54,138 bases of DNA from the NCBI RefSeq assembly GCF_011745625.1, contig NW_027191490.1, positions 124,001 through 178,138 of the forward strand, in the 5' to 3' direction. Each line of letters starts with the position of its first letter. Within the stretch, counting starts at the first letter, position 1. The notes under the pieces are model-generated. The model did not search any database. It saw nothing but the letters and a program-made list of their open reading frames with translations, and had not been told where the DNA came from. The DNA is from Cladosporium halotolerans (taxonomy: Eukaryota). The translations under genes and the position numbers were made by a program. Below are positions 34,490-46,205 of this stretch, one piece after another.

Positions 34490-36125
34490 TTACAAATCTT
34501 TTGACCCAGGCGAAGCGGCGTAGCTTTTGCTGGCAGAAGTATCATGTATCTGCATCTTCGTGTTGAGGCCCGGTAATGACTCAATGATATCGCTCAGCAT
34601 GTGTAACGAATACCTGGTTTCGAGCCGATTGCACAATTCCCGGCCCCTCGGCTTCGAGGCATCATCTGTGGCAGTGAAGAGCGCAACTCGGATGGAGAAA
34701 GTCCAGGGCAACATGCCTGCGTCGTCCTGGCGGTAGGCGTACTCGTCACAGATGTCGAGGACGGTGTCAACAAGTTCGCCGACAGGCCACAGGAGCTGTT
34801 CGCCCGGTCGGAAGCGTGTGAGGAGCAGCCAGGTGGTGAGGTGGAGCACGATCGCGCGGGCGAGGAAGGCATCGACGAACGTGCCGTTTGCGATCGACCG
34901 TGCGAGGGCGTCAAATTTAAAAATTTTGCCATAATGCGAAAGACAGTAGGGGTTGAGGCAGCGCGTTCTCCATGCCCATAATTCGCCAACTAGGCGAGCA
35001 GCCTCTGATTGCAAGACTTTCGGGCTCTCGGCGCCCACCATGACGAGATCGGCTTTCTCGATCAGTCCGGGCACGTATACTAGGATGTCGACCGCCCGGT
35101 CGATCAGGTCTTTTTCGCCGTCTTCGGACCAGGGATTGTGCATCCAACTGGGCTCCTGAAGGAAGGACTTCCGGCGGAGAAGGATGTCGAGAGCGACCTG
35201 CCCGATTTCAGAGAAGAACGAGGTGGATGCGGCAGATGACGAGACTTACCGAGAAATGTCTGAACCAACAAAAGGTACGCAGCGCAAAAGGCGCGGTGAA
35301 AGATTGGGGACCTTGATGGTGTATAATCTTGGACAGACCCCAGAGATGCATCATCCAAGCCTTTGCGTTGCTCCAAACCAGAAGCTCATGAAAAGACAAC
35401 ATGAAGATCAGATAGACCGTGCTGTGGCTGAGAGGCGCATCTGGGTGCGAGAGCCAACGTCTGGTGGAGGGTAGGACATCCGCGCATAGACGACGCTGAG
35501 CGGCAACAGTAGAGTTGCGATCAAGTCCAACTACAAGAGCTCTGAGTGCTCCCTGAAGGAGCGGTTCGTCGTGCTGTCCAGCCACTCTGGCAAGCCACTC
35601 GTACCCCTCATCGCCAGCGATGGCTTTGAAGCGCGGGAGAACGAAATGCAATTGCCGACCGAATCGCTCATCCGGCGTCAGGGAAGGTGACTGCAAGAGG
35701 ACATCTGGGGGAGAAGGCTCTCTTTTGCATTTAGATGTTCGACGATGGCTGTAGGCAGACTCCGCTGAAGGCGCGGAGGTGGGCTTGTCATCACCATTGT
35801 TCTGCACCGGGAACTGTGAGCGCAAAGGTGTGAGCGTCTGAGCAAGCAATTGTCGGCGCCGAATCGGCTCGAAAATCATGTACAAGACGGGCCCGGCATG
35901 ACGGAGTGCGAAGCACGCAGCGGACAGTAGACATACCTGAAGGAAGCTGGAGGGCGCGAGGTGTTGGAGGTCCGCCCAAGCCGACGATGCCAGCCTGGAC
36001 TTGCGATTTGTGTGTCGGTGGCCCCACGCGGCGGCTTTCGCTCTCACGACGCCCGCGGATTTTTTTTTGTGCTCTGCTGTGTCATCACCTGGGAGCCAGA
36101 CCAAGAAGCTGCCCTCACCGGGCAT
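34490..36125 (-). CDS. Fungal-specific transcription-factor-domain-like protein without a Zn2Cys6 cluster
   Basis: Introns 35814-35936 (in frame) and 35198-35249 give W..HLWGLSKII...GP and RRKSFLQEPSWMHNPW, typical of C6-type regulator middle domains. N-terminal VRAKAAAWGH basic motif. Start inferred. Confidence 0.6.
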
Positions 36126-38087
36126 GACGGAACGTGTAGGGTAGACAGGCTGGGAACGACGCTGTCCAGGCTGGGTGGGCTCCGACAGGGTGTCTGGGAT
36201 TGTGCATGTATCGCAGGACAGTGGAGCTACGGATCGGGCCCAGGGCAGGCCCTTGGGCTGGGGAGAAAGGCTGTGTGCAGCACGATGGGCAGGTGTTTGG
36301 CCGTTTGGAGCAGGCAGGCATTGGCATTGACGCGCCAACGATAGCATTCATGGATGCCATGCAACGGGCCTCAGCGGGCGGCCTCGAGCGGCGCGTGCGC
36401 CCGGCTGCTGGTGATCGTCGAAGGCCCGCTCATACTGGATATGCAGGATATGCGGTAAAGTTAGCCCTGCGGGCTTTGACCGGAAGGCCCCAACCCTCCA
36501 GAGCGGTAGTGCCCGCGTACAGCAGGGCGGAGGAGGCGCGCGCATCGGAGATTGGTCCGGTGCCTGGTTGCCTGGCTGCCTGGTGCGGCGGCAGGGCCTG
36601 CGCGATCAGGCACTCCGCACGGTGCTGCAAGGCGCGCACCAAGGCGGCGATCGCCTTCCTTCGCGAGCTTCCAAGGTTCCTGCGCATCGGTGCCAGGGTA
36701 AGGTATGGAAAGGGCAGCTCGATTTCCCACGCAATATGCTGCATTATTCCTGGGACGCGCGCACGGCGTAGCGAGTCAAGCACACACACCGCACGCCCGC
36801 CGAGCTAGAGCCAGCAGGCACACGAGGCTCTCTCCATTCAACACATACGATCGTCGGCTGGGCGCTCATCGTGGCCTGTGAGTGACGGGTTGGCCGAGAC
36901 TGGCATTGCCACTACCGAGCAGGCACAGCAGCGTTTTGTGAAAACCCAATCGGGATACACTATAACGCTTTCCCAACGCGGTCGCTACATCTCAAGGGAC
37001 CCCTGGGTGCAGAGCCGCAGACCGTTGCTCTGTCCTGGAGTCGTCTTCCTTGTAGCACCTACAGTAGGTACATGTATATCGATGGATTGCGAGCTTAGTG
37101 CGCGATTGCCAGTCTAAGGGTACGCCTGCGTGGCCTTGCGCGCGCCGCCCCTGTTACGCACCCGGGCACCGTTCCACGTCCATATACCTCTTCCATGCTA
37201 GCGCACGTGCGTGGTCCCACGTTCAAAATCCACTATCTATCAAGATACCCAACGCGAGACCCATATCCACGATTCTAAGTGGATACGGTGACATTCGTCA
37301 CCAAAATGTGGGCGTCTGCTACCCGCGTGTCAAGACGCACCCACTTTTGCCACTAGTCCCTTCCCTCTGTCTGTGACAGCGCACCGGGCTTCTGGAATCA
37401 CGCATGCCCGGCGTCCTCCACTCCGCGCGATGCGCTACGGCTCGTCGGTAAATATGCCAGATCGAGATGGCATCTGGTGAACACTTGAGGTTCGTGTAGA
37501 GATAGGGGTTCTCGTTTGCATTTGCCTATCAAGGCCATAGTTGAATTGCGGATCCCGTACGATGAGACTGCTTTGTTAAGAGTTCTTAGACCGCCAAATG
37601 CAATCTTATCATATTGCTTTACGCATAGTGACATTCTACGTTGTCACCAATAATCCTCAGGACTGGGAGGTTCGCCGACAGGCTCCTTGCCACGTGCCAG
37701 CTGATGACTTGTCCCACCAACCCAGATAACGACCAGCCTTTGCGACCATGAAGCTTGAATAGAGAATCCATGAAGCCAATACTCCCAGCCAGCTAACGTA
37801 AGAACAGCACCACGTGCAAACAACCCGCAAGGACATGCGGCCTGGTATTCAATCCATTTCGTTGATCTTGCCCGGGATTTCAGACGACATGGAAGGCAGT
37901 TGTTACTTGCGCTTGGCGCCACAGGCCCTGCATGACGACGTCGAAGTTGACGCTGGATTGCCGAAGATGGACAGCCGCACAGCCGGTCTTCCACAACTCG
38001 ACATGGAGGCAGCTCTCGCATCCCGGGGCGACATATTGCGGTTGTTGCTGAAAGTTTACGCAAGCCTCCTCTCAATGAAAACATACC

Positions 38088-39789
38088 ATGGAGCAGACAT
38101 CACATTCTCTCCTTGACCTGCTGTCAATAAATTTAGTCCTGCGGCAAACAGCACCATATCTCCCCATCTCATCCCTGCTGGCCGTTTCTCGCGTGAACCG
38201 AGCCTTCCAAGCTCTCGTTAACACTCACCCAGAAGCATGGCGGCATCTGGACCTCTCTCGCGCAAAATCCGCCACGATCGACACGTCTCCCATTGATGCC
38301 GGCGGAATCTCATGGCGCGCTGAGCGAATGGACGAAGCGCTGACCGAAGACGACTTCTACTCCGGTCCACTGCGAGGGATTTTCTCACGACTGCATAACA
38401 AAGGTGTGCTGCAATTTATCCACACTCTAATTCTCGATGGACTCTCTGTGCCCGCCGACTTGGTTCGGGAGATTATCGCCGAAGACCGCTTCAGCGTGCG
38501 GATCCTCAGCCTAAGAGACTGTAAGCATCTCAACCATACGAAATTGCAGCAAGTCTTGCGGTACGCCGTCAGACCCGGACGATCAGATGGCTCGCCGAAG
38601 CTGCGGGGCCTGTATGTCTTTGGCCATAAGGACAACCCGCGTACTCTCGTAATGAAAGACGAGCCGTCGACTCGCCCAGCACCTGGTCACCCAACCGGAG
38701 TCCTTGCCACGGAGGGGGCTCAGATTGGTGCCGAATGGAATTCTCGCTCGTCTGCGATCTTGGATGAAAGTCTACCGGATTCCGACCAGCAGCGCTGGTA
38801 CAGCCGCACAGGACGAACTCTCATCCGGCCAACAAACGAATGGGCCGACACGCTGTACGCCTGCCAAGGCATTATTGCCTTCGACGCAGTCCTCTGCAAA
38901 GGTCCCCGACACGACATCGCGCGAACGACCAGTGGAGACTACCTCCCGCCCAGAATGGCAAGCATAGCTCTCGGACCGTCCGGATGTGAGACGTGTGGCC
39001 GCAGCCCCGAAGGCCCAGCAATCTTCCGCCACAGCCAGGAAGACGCTCTCCCACTTCTCGCACCACCACCGACGCACTCCTCAACCCTCCGCGCCTCGCA
39101 ACGGCCCGAACCTGACCCCGAAACCGCCGAATTCCCACCCCTCTTCACCCGCTGTGAAGACTGCCTCCGCGGTCGATGGTGCGAAAGATGCAACCGATGG
39201 TGGTGCGAAGCGTGCTACGCCGAACCCATATCGCGCACAGCACAACCCTCTATCCCTCAAATCCCCACCTCGAGTTCTTCCACGACACCGACACCATACG
39301 TTCAAAGCGTTGAATGGGGCGGTCCCGGCCCAGCGCCATCAGGACCCGCGACAGCCGGCGGCGGCGCGCCAGTGAAGGTGTACTCGAAGCTTTGCGTGGA
39401 GCACTGCCTAGTGGGCGAAATGATGATGTCCGCTGATGGGTTCTGGGGGTGAAAGATGGATTTGGAGGCTCGATCTCATCGTCCACACGCCAAGTGTCCC
39501 GTGGCCAGACTCATCACATGGGAGCGCAGACTGACTTCTTCTTTTTTGCAACACAGATAGGCGTGCACCGGAACTGTTTCGGGTGCGGGCGGACGTGCGA
39601 GGCGTGCAAAGCAAGGTACATGCGCACGTGTCGATTTTGCAGGGCAGAGTATTGCATTGTTGATAATGAAGGGTCATCGGAAACGGAGGTGAATTCAATG
39701 CGTGATCGCGGCATCTGTGGAAGAAGGCTGACAGCGTCCAGTGCGATTGGTGTAACCAGGGTGGCCGGCGGACGAGAGAGTTGTTTTGA
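38088..39789 (+). CDS. F-box-like, Cys-rich fungal protein; two possible C-termini (unspliced ends 39452, spliced ends 39789)
   Basis: SLLDLL...TAPYLPISSLLAVSRVN N-terminus, TLILDGLSVP, IAFDAVLC and RCEDCLRGRWCERCNRWWCEAC. Introns 39378-39556 and 39689-39741 give a second Cys-rich ending. Confidence 0.8.
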
Positions 39790-40137
39790 ATGCGGCGATC
39801 CGTGACTAACCCTGGACGTCGATTGGGCGACTATGCATTGCGTGTTTAGAGACAATCGCCCTACCTGTAGTTAAGGGCGCCCTCGAAGGTACGCGTTGAG
39901 AGGAAGACTCTGGTACGGAAGAAGTTGAGCGTGCTTTGGCAGAACGAAACCCTTTAATTCCGTTCATGGAGTGTAGAACATTATTACATACCCAGGCATT
40001 CAAAAATCATCTTACACCTCCGTATCCCAATACCCAAAACACCAGCGCTTGAGCAAAACATGGAAACCCCCAACAAAGACTTCACCTATGTGTACACGCG
40101 GGCAAATGGAGACGCCTCCCAAGAGTCGATCCTCTCA

Positions 40138-41208
40138 TTACCTGAAGGCGTTCTTCTGCTTAGCCAACTCCTCCCTCACACTGCCGCCGCTAGCCCTCCA
40201 CCAGACATCACCACCCCACCTCATCATCCTCTCGCATGCCGAAACCGGCCCATCAACAGCCGGCCTGACATCAAGATAAAACACCGGCTCGCCATTCGGC
40301 TCTGGAGGACCAGAGTAGTAATCGATCACATAGCGAACCTCCTTGCTCGACCCATCCGGCTGCCTGCGCTCCACGAACCAGTCGTGGCGGTCGAAAGGCG
40401 GGTTGTCCGGGAATTCCGAGGGGTAGATCTTCGCCATGAACGCGAGCATGCGAGCCTTTGGCGTGCGCTCATTGGGACGGCCCATGAAGCGCGTCAGGCG
40501 CGGCTCGAGTGACATATCCGTCTTGCCGTCGTCTCTAATCGACTGCAGCATAGCGTTCAGCGCCGCACCCTCCTCACCGCGCCGACTCTCTTCCCAGCCC
40601 TTCATCAGCCCGCTGCCAAAACGGCGCTCCCACTCGCGGATCTCCTCCCAGGCGCCCTCGTTGAGGAAGTTGTGGACCGAGACCATGGCCTCGACGTGCT
40701 CGGCCGGCGTGTCGGTGTAGCCCTTGCGCAGCATGGCGTTGTACATCTGCTGGGGCGAGGGGTACTCCCAGTTTCCGGCGCCGTCGCCGCGGGGGATGGT
40801 GGAGGGCTCGCGCTCCAGCGGGAGGGAGACGGCTTGGTGCTCGTCGAACTCGCGGGTGTTGGATATGAAGGAAGGCATGTAGTTGAGCGGATTAAGCTTG
40901 GAGACGTATGAGGGCGAGGAGGCAGGAGGTACGGATGCTTGGCCGTGGTTGACGGGGCATGTACCGGTTCGAGAGGAGGGTTTGGTGACTTCGGCTGGCG
41001 CTGGGGGTGCGGGTGGAGTTGCGAAAGGCGAGTTGCCGGCTTTGTGCATGGGGCATTCTGGCTAGGAAGGGGTCAGCGACAATTTTGTGAGCAGTGAAGA
41101 CGAACGCGCTGGACGTACAGGAGGCGAGAGGCCCTCCTTGGGCATGGGGTGAGGCGCAACTGGCGGCGACGAAGCGACCGGCGCGGAGTCTGCCCAAAAC
41201 CAGCCCAT
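40138..41208 (-). CDS. CYC3: Cytochrome c heme lyase (holocytochrome c synthase)
   Basis: MGWFWAD start; CPM and CPV heme motifs; [41 protein letters not shown] and LDVRPA. Intron 41062-41118. Confidence 0.95.
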
Positions 41209-41613
41209 GTTGTGGTATATGTTGGATGCGACGCGATTAGATTGGTGAGTTATTAGACGTTGAAAAGTGTATCTCGAGAAGAGGCAAGGGTGTGTCGCGA
41301 GTGATGGGTGGATGCGAATGCCGCAGATTTGAAGATTGGCAGCAGGAGTAGTAAGGTAAGCAGGCAAGATCTAGAGATGGTGGCGATCGCAAGGGTCCAT
41401 CAGTCGCAAAGTTCCTGCAAACCCGAGCCCGAGCTTTTCCGAGATTGCATCTTCACGCACGGAAACAAATAATGTATGATGCAGACATAAATAGCTGTGC
41501 TTTCAGCAGCAGTAACACTTCGACAGAAATTAATGGCATGCCTCATATCACATACTGTGAGCTATCCTTGACGATTTATACTACAGCAGACAAGCGTTGT
41601 CCCAGTATCACGG

Positions 41614-43014
41614 TTAAGCGGACCTGGTGACAAGGCTCTGGCCCTCTTCCTCCTTCTTGTTGCCAAACTTCTTCAGCCTGATGGCGTTCACGCTGATGAA
41701 GCCGGTGGTGTCTTGCGGCGCAAAGTCGCCAATCTCGTCCATGGAGCTCTCGCTCTCGTCGTAGAGCTTCTCGGTGTCGGACCAGCGGCCGATGACGCTG
41801 AACATGCCCTTGTAGGCGCGGCAGCGGACGGAGCCGTTGACGGTCTTCTGGGAAGAGGTGATGCTGTCCTCAAGAAACTCGCGCTCGGGCGAGAAGTAGA
41901 GGCCGTTGTAGAGGATCTTGGCGTAGTGGAAAGTGGTAAACTGGTCACGGAGGGCGCGAACCTCACGGTCGAGGACGAGACCCTCGATGTCGACGTGAGC
42001 GGCGCGGAGCATGGTGAGACCAGGAGTCTCGTAGCAGCCACGGGACTTAAGGCCGATGAAGCGGTTCTCGACGATGTCGATGCGGCCAACACCGTGCTTA
42101 CGGGCAATGGCGTTGGCAGTCAGGAAGAGCTCCACGGGCTCGGTGACGCTCTTTTTGCCGCCATCGTACTCGAGCTTGACGGGGAGACCCTTCTGGAAGT
42201 GGATGGTGAAGTCCTCGGGCGCATCGGGGGCCTTGGTCGGGTCGGCAGTAAGCTTCCACATGTCCTCAGGAGGAGTGATGTTGGGGTCCTCGAGGATGCC
42301 AGCCTCGTAGCTGCAGTGTGCCAGGTTCTCGTCCATGCTCCACGGCTTGCTCTTGGTGCTAGAGACGGGGATGCCCTTCTCAGCGGCATAGTCAAGAAGG
42401 TCATTGCGACCCTTGAAGCGGTTGTAGAAGACGGGGTCCCTCCAGGGCGCGATGACCTTGATGCTGGGCTGGAGAGCGTAGAAGGCCAGCTCGAAGCGGA
42501 CCTGGTCGTTGCCCTTGCCAGTGCAGCCGTGGGAGACGGCGAAGCAGCCCTCCTTCTGGGCGACAGCAATCTGGGCGCGAGCGATGACGGGGCGGGCGAG
42601 CGAGGTACCAAGGAGGTAGGTGTTCTGCAGACATGTGAGTCACTTCCCTTCACCGAATCTGCAATCCTCGCAAAGGATGGAACAAACCTCGTAGATAGCG
42701 TTGCAAGCAATGGCCGGGAAGCAGAGCTCCTCAACGAATTCCTTGCGGACGTCCTCGATGTAGCACTTGCTGGCACCGATCTTCAGTGCCTTCTCCTTGG
42801 CAGCCTCAAAGTCCTCCTCCTGGCCAACGTCGGCCATGAAGGCAATCGCCTCGTAGCCCTCATCCTGTGTGGTGTCAGCCAATTGCGCGCAAACAACAAG
42901 GTAGCTTCACCGCTTACGCGGTATGTTCAGTTGCGAACTTACGAGGAGGTAGCGGAGGATACAGCTGGTATCCAAACCGCCGGAGTAGGCCAGACAGACT
43001 TTCTGCTTAGACAT
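41614..43014 (-). CDS. ARG1: Argininosuccinate synthase
   Basis: [30 protein letters not shown] and [17 protein letters not shown]. Introns 42865-42942 and 42625-42687. Confidence 0.97.
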
Positions 43015-43125
43015 TGTGTATGTGTGTGATGTGTGTGGATGTGAGAGGAGAGGAGGATGAAGCCAATGGCCAGGTACCTTAACCGCTGGGGATGGTCAGG
43101 GCGGAAAAATTGGCGGCGTTTCGCG

Positions 43126-43191
43126 TGACGCATACGGGAATCTGATAAGATAGAGGGGACGTTCACAGCGACGTCGGAGCCCCGCGAGTCA
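43126..43191. promoter_or_regulatory. Candidate Gcn4/CpcA-like and GATA sites in the ARG1-CorA divergent promoter
   Basis: TGACGCA at 43126, CTGATAAGATAG at 43142 and GAGTCA (TGACTC on the minus strand) at 43186. Confidence 0.4.
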
Positions 43192-43316
43192 GTTCAGCAC
43201 GGGTCAAGGCTGGGGAAAACAAGGGAAGGGTGGTCTGTGTCTCTCTTCCTCCACACGCGGATGACAGCACGAAACACCCAAAGCAACATGCTTGCACTTT
43301 GTCGCTTCCACGCTCC

Positions 43317-44864
43317 ATGACGCCCATGAAGAGTGCTGCTGCTCTCGTGTGGAGACGACAGACATCAGCTGCTGGGCGCGTGTTGCCTAAGGCACCGCAA
43401 AGATGCAGCATCCATTGTGAGAGCGCCGCCGGCAGGATATCAGCATTTTCGAGAACGCCACCCACGCGTCCAAAGACCTCGAACAGATCATTGCAATCCA
43501 CACCAGTCGTGCTTTCAGAGGGACTTTCGCGCCGATGGGCGACTACAGACAGCAACTATTTCCAGCGATGGGACCCAGCGGTCGGTTCAGAGCCAGGCTT
43601 TGATCCTACAGTCGACCAGGCGAAGTCTCACCTGACTCCAAAGTCGAAGGTCGACATTCATGTCGTCGACTACTCTCACGATCGTCTGGAGCTGCACAGT
43701 CCAGACAGCGCCTCTCTCGGGGAGTTCCTGAAGGACCACCCAAAGCCATCTTGGTCGGCTTGCCGCTGGATCTATGTCAACGGCATTGAACCAGAAGTGG
43801 TCAGATGCCTGGGGACTCACAAGAATCTCCATCCCTTGGCTCTGGAAGATGTTATGGACTTGCAGACTCCTACCAAGGTGAATTGGTACGAGAACCACTG
43901 CTACGTTGAGCTTAACATGGTGAAGCTCGTCGAGCCTTTCCATGGAGGCGAACGCGCTTCCAAAGGAGACACATACAAGTCAGTGATGCGTCATCGCCGG
44001 CTCAAGGCAAACGGTCCACGGTCTCGGTCACTGGCTTCTGACAAATTTGGATTATCGTGGGAGCAGGTGTCAGCGTTCCTCACGGAAGACGGCACAGTAA
44101 TTACCATCTTCGAGTATTCCGGGAAAGACGTCTTCACGCCTATTCTCGCCAGACTCCAATCACCCCAGACAGTCGTACGCTCTAGTAATGATCCATCGAT
44201 GCTACTTCAAGCTGTCGTGGACACGACAGTAGATCTTTCCCTGCCGATAGGACATGCCGTCGCCGAAATCTTTGAGGAGTTGGAGCGCGCCGTCCTCTAC
44301 AATCCTAGAATTCCACAGTCCAAGCAACTCCACGTCCTGCGCTCCGGCCTGACCCTTCTACTCAACAACACCATTTCCATCGGTGGTCTCGTCAAGACAC
44401 TATGCGATCATCGCCCAGTAGGCGAGCTTCCCGATTCCGCCAGCAGTTCTCTAGGCGAACGTCCGCCCACCCGCATCCAACTTCCCAGCACTCAAATCTC
44501 GCCCATGGCACGAATCTATTTCCAAGACGTTCAGGATCACATCCAAACCCTCTCCAACTCGACGCGAATGAGCATTCGCTCGGCAGAGAATCTCTCCTCG
44601 CTCATCTTCAATAGCATCACCGCGAGCCAAAACGAGAGCGTGCGGAAACTCACCCTCGTGTCAAGTTTCTTCCTTCCGCTCACGTTCTTGACCAGCTACT
44701 TCGGCATGAACTTCGATCCAATGCCGAGCGTCATGGAGCACAGCGAGACTTTCTTCTGGTTCATCGCAACGCCGGTCATGTGCGGGACACTGATCTTGCT
44801 TACCGTTGGTCCGAAGTGGAGAGCTTGGTTCACTAAGCTGAGGAGAGGGAACTCACGGCGATGA
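43317..44864 (+). CDS. CorA-family divalent cation (Mg2+) transporter
   Basis: CRWIYVNG, LHPLALED, EQVSAFL, FLPLTFLTSYFGMNF (GMN motif) and two C-terminal TM segments. Start codon uncertain. Confidence 0.9.
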   Translation: MTPMKSAAALVWRRQTSAAGRVLPKAPQRCSIHCESAAGRISAFSRTPPTRPKTSNRSLQSTPVVLSEGLSRRWATTDSNYFQRWDPAVGSEPGFDPTVDQAKSHLTPKSKVDIHVVDYSHDRLELHSPDSASLGEFLKDHPKPSWSACRWIYVNGIEPEVVRCLGTHKNLHPLALEDVMDLQTPTKVNWYENHCYVELNMVKLVEPFHGGERASKGDTYKSVMRHRRLKANGPRSRSLASDKFGLSWEQVSAFLTEDGTVITIFEYSGKDVFTPILARLQSPQTVVRSSNDPSMLLQAVVDTTVDLSLPIGHAVAEIFEELERAVLYNPRIPQSKQLHVLRSGLTLLLNNTISIGGLVKTLCDHRPVGELPDSASSSLGERPPTRIQLPSTQISPMARIYFQDVQDHIQTLSNSTRMSIRSAENLSSLIFNSITASQNESVRKLTLVSSFFLPLTFLTSYFGMNFDPMPSVMEHSETFFWFIATPVMCGTLILLTVGPKWRAWFTKLRRGNSRR

Positions 44865-44965
44865 AATGCTGATGTGGACGTTAATCACAACGCAACTACT
44901 CCTGTACATAGTACTGTGAGCTAAAAATCCCCCATTTTTCCAAGATGAAAGCACATCAGACGAAT

Positions 44966-45448
44966 TTACCATCCCCTCGTCCCCGGCGCCCCTTTGACAA
45001 ACTCCCTCTCAATATCGGACGTCATCCAGCCGCCGTAGAAATCGCCCGGCTGCGCCTCGACCTTCTCACCATCAACGAAGCATTCCCAAGGCCCCGCATA
45101 GAAGCTCAAATACCCCCTGATACCCTTAAAGCCTTCCGTCGGAGAGTCATAACTCCAAACACGATCCTTCACAGTATCCCCAGGATTCGCCGGGTTCGCG
45201 AGAGAATAGTACGTCGCACGACCTTTCCACTCGCAGAATGAAGAGCGGGGCGTGGGCTGCAAAGGGACTTTGAGGGAAGACGGGGGCAGATAATACGTTG
45301 GTGGGTGGTAGGTTTCCAGGACCCAGAAGGCGTCTTTCGTCTCGGCGATGGTAGTGCCGTTCCAGACTACTTGCAAGTGGCGCGGGGTACGTTCGCAGAG
45401 CGGCGGGCGTGGGAAGGTACGGGGGTTGAGCTTTTGGGTGGTCGGCAT
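44966..45448 (-). CDS. DUF427 family protein
   Basis: FPRPP, VLETYHPPTYYLP, SFCEWKGRATY and QPGDFYGGW motifs. Confidence 0.88.
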   Translation of the reverse strand: MPTTQKLNPRTFPRPPLCERTPRHLQVVWNGTTIAETKDAFWVLETYHPPTYYLPPSSLKVPLQPTPRSSFCEWKGRATYYSLANPANPGDTVKDRVWSYDSPTEGFKGIRGYLSFYAGPWECFVDGEKVEAQPGDFYGGWMTSDIEREFVKGAPGTRGW

Positions 45449-46205
45449 CTTGAATAGGAGGTTCGGGACTGATCTTTTCATAGAGGTTGGTATTGATGGT
45501 CTCACTCCACGATGAATGCGCTTGAGGTGTGGTAGTGTATGTATTGGGTCACGACAGGAGTGGCACGCATTATGGCTGCCTCAGGTACCACACGAGATGT
45601 GGGGCTCATAGAGTGTCCATTCAGGTTAGCGCGTCGGCATCGGTTGTTGATGGGCTTGAATCTGATGATACCAGTCTGGTGCTGACTTTCTGTGGACGTG
45701 ATCCCACGGCTCCGTCGCGTCCAGCTACACAAGGCAGAATGCCTGCTCCCCTCTCGATCGCGACCGACGCCAACAGACAGGACCTTGCTAGTGAGAGCTT
45801 GTGATGGCTCGATTCGGATGCGGGACTGCTTCAATGCTCATCACTCTTGGCATGACGGTGCCCAGCAACATCCCACGCCCTGCTGGCTGTTGTTCGCGTC
45901 CCATCGAGACAACTTTCTTCTCCCACGTGCAGCCATTCTCGAGCTGTCAGGAAAGGCGCGCATGCCTGTTGACGAGCGCCTGATCTTCGGTTTGTTGACG
46001 ACCTGCCGCATGCGTGCGAGTTGCTCGCCCATGGGTAGCGTCTGCCCGCCATCGTCTGCAGCGATGAAGATCGCATGAGGTGACCAAAGAGCTCTGCTCT
46101 CCTGGTGTTGTACTGATAAAGATGAGGTAGGCCGTGCAGAAGGCATGTTCGCTGAGCGTACTCTCGATCCGCAAAGCGTCATCTCCACCTCTCCGTCTGT
46201 TCAAC

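Noticed and set aside
36200..36808. 202-aa GC-rich ORF
   Set aside because: Ala/Arg-rich, low-information translation typical of GC-rich promoter DNA.
37814..38116. 100-aa ORF overlapping the F-box-like start out of frame
   Set aside because: Could be a uORF or an N-terminal exon, but I found no splice signals or motifs linking it to the gene.
41713..43029. 438-aa plus-strand ORF
   Set aside because: Antisense shadow of ARG1, caused by C-ending codon bias.
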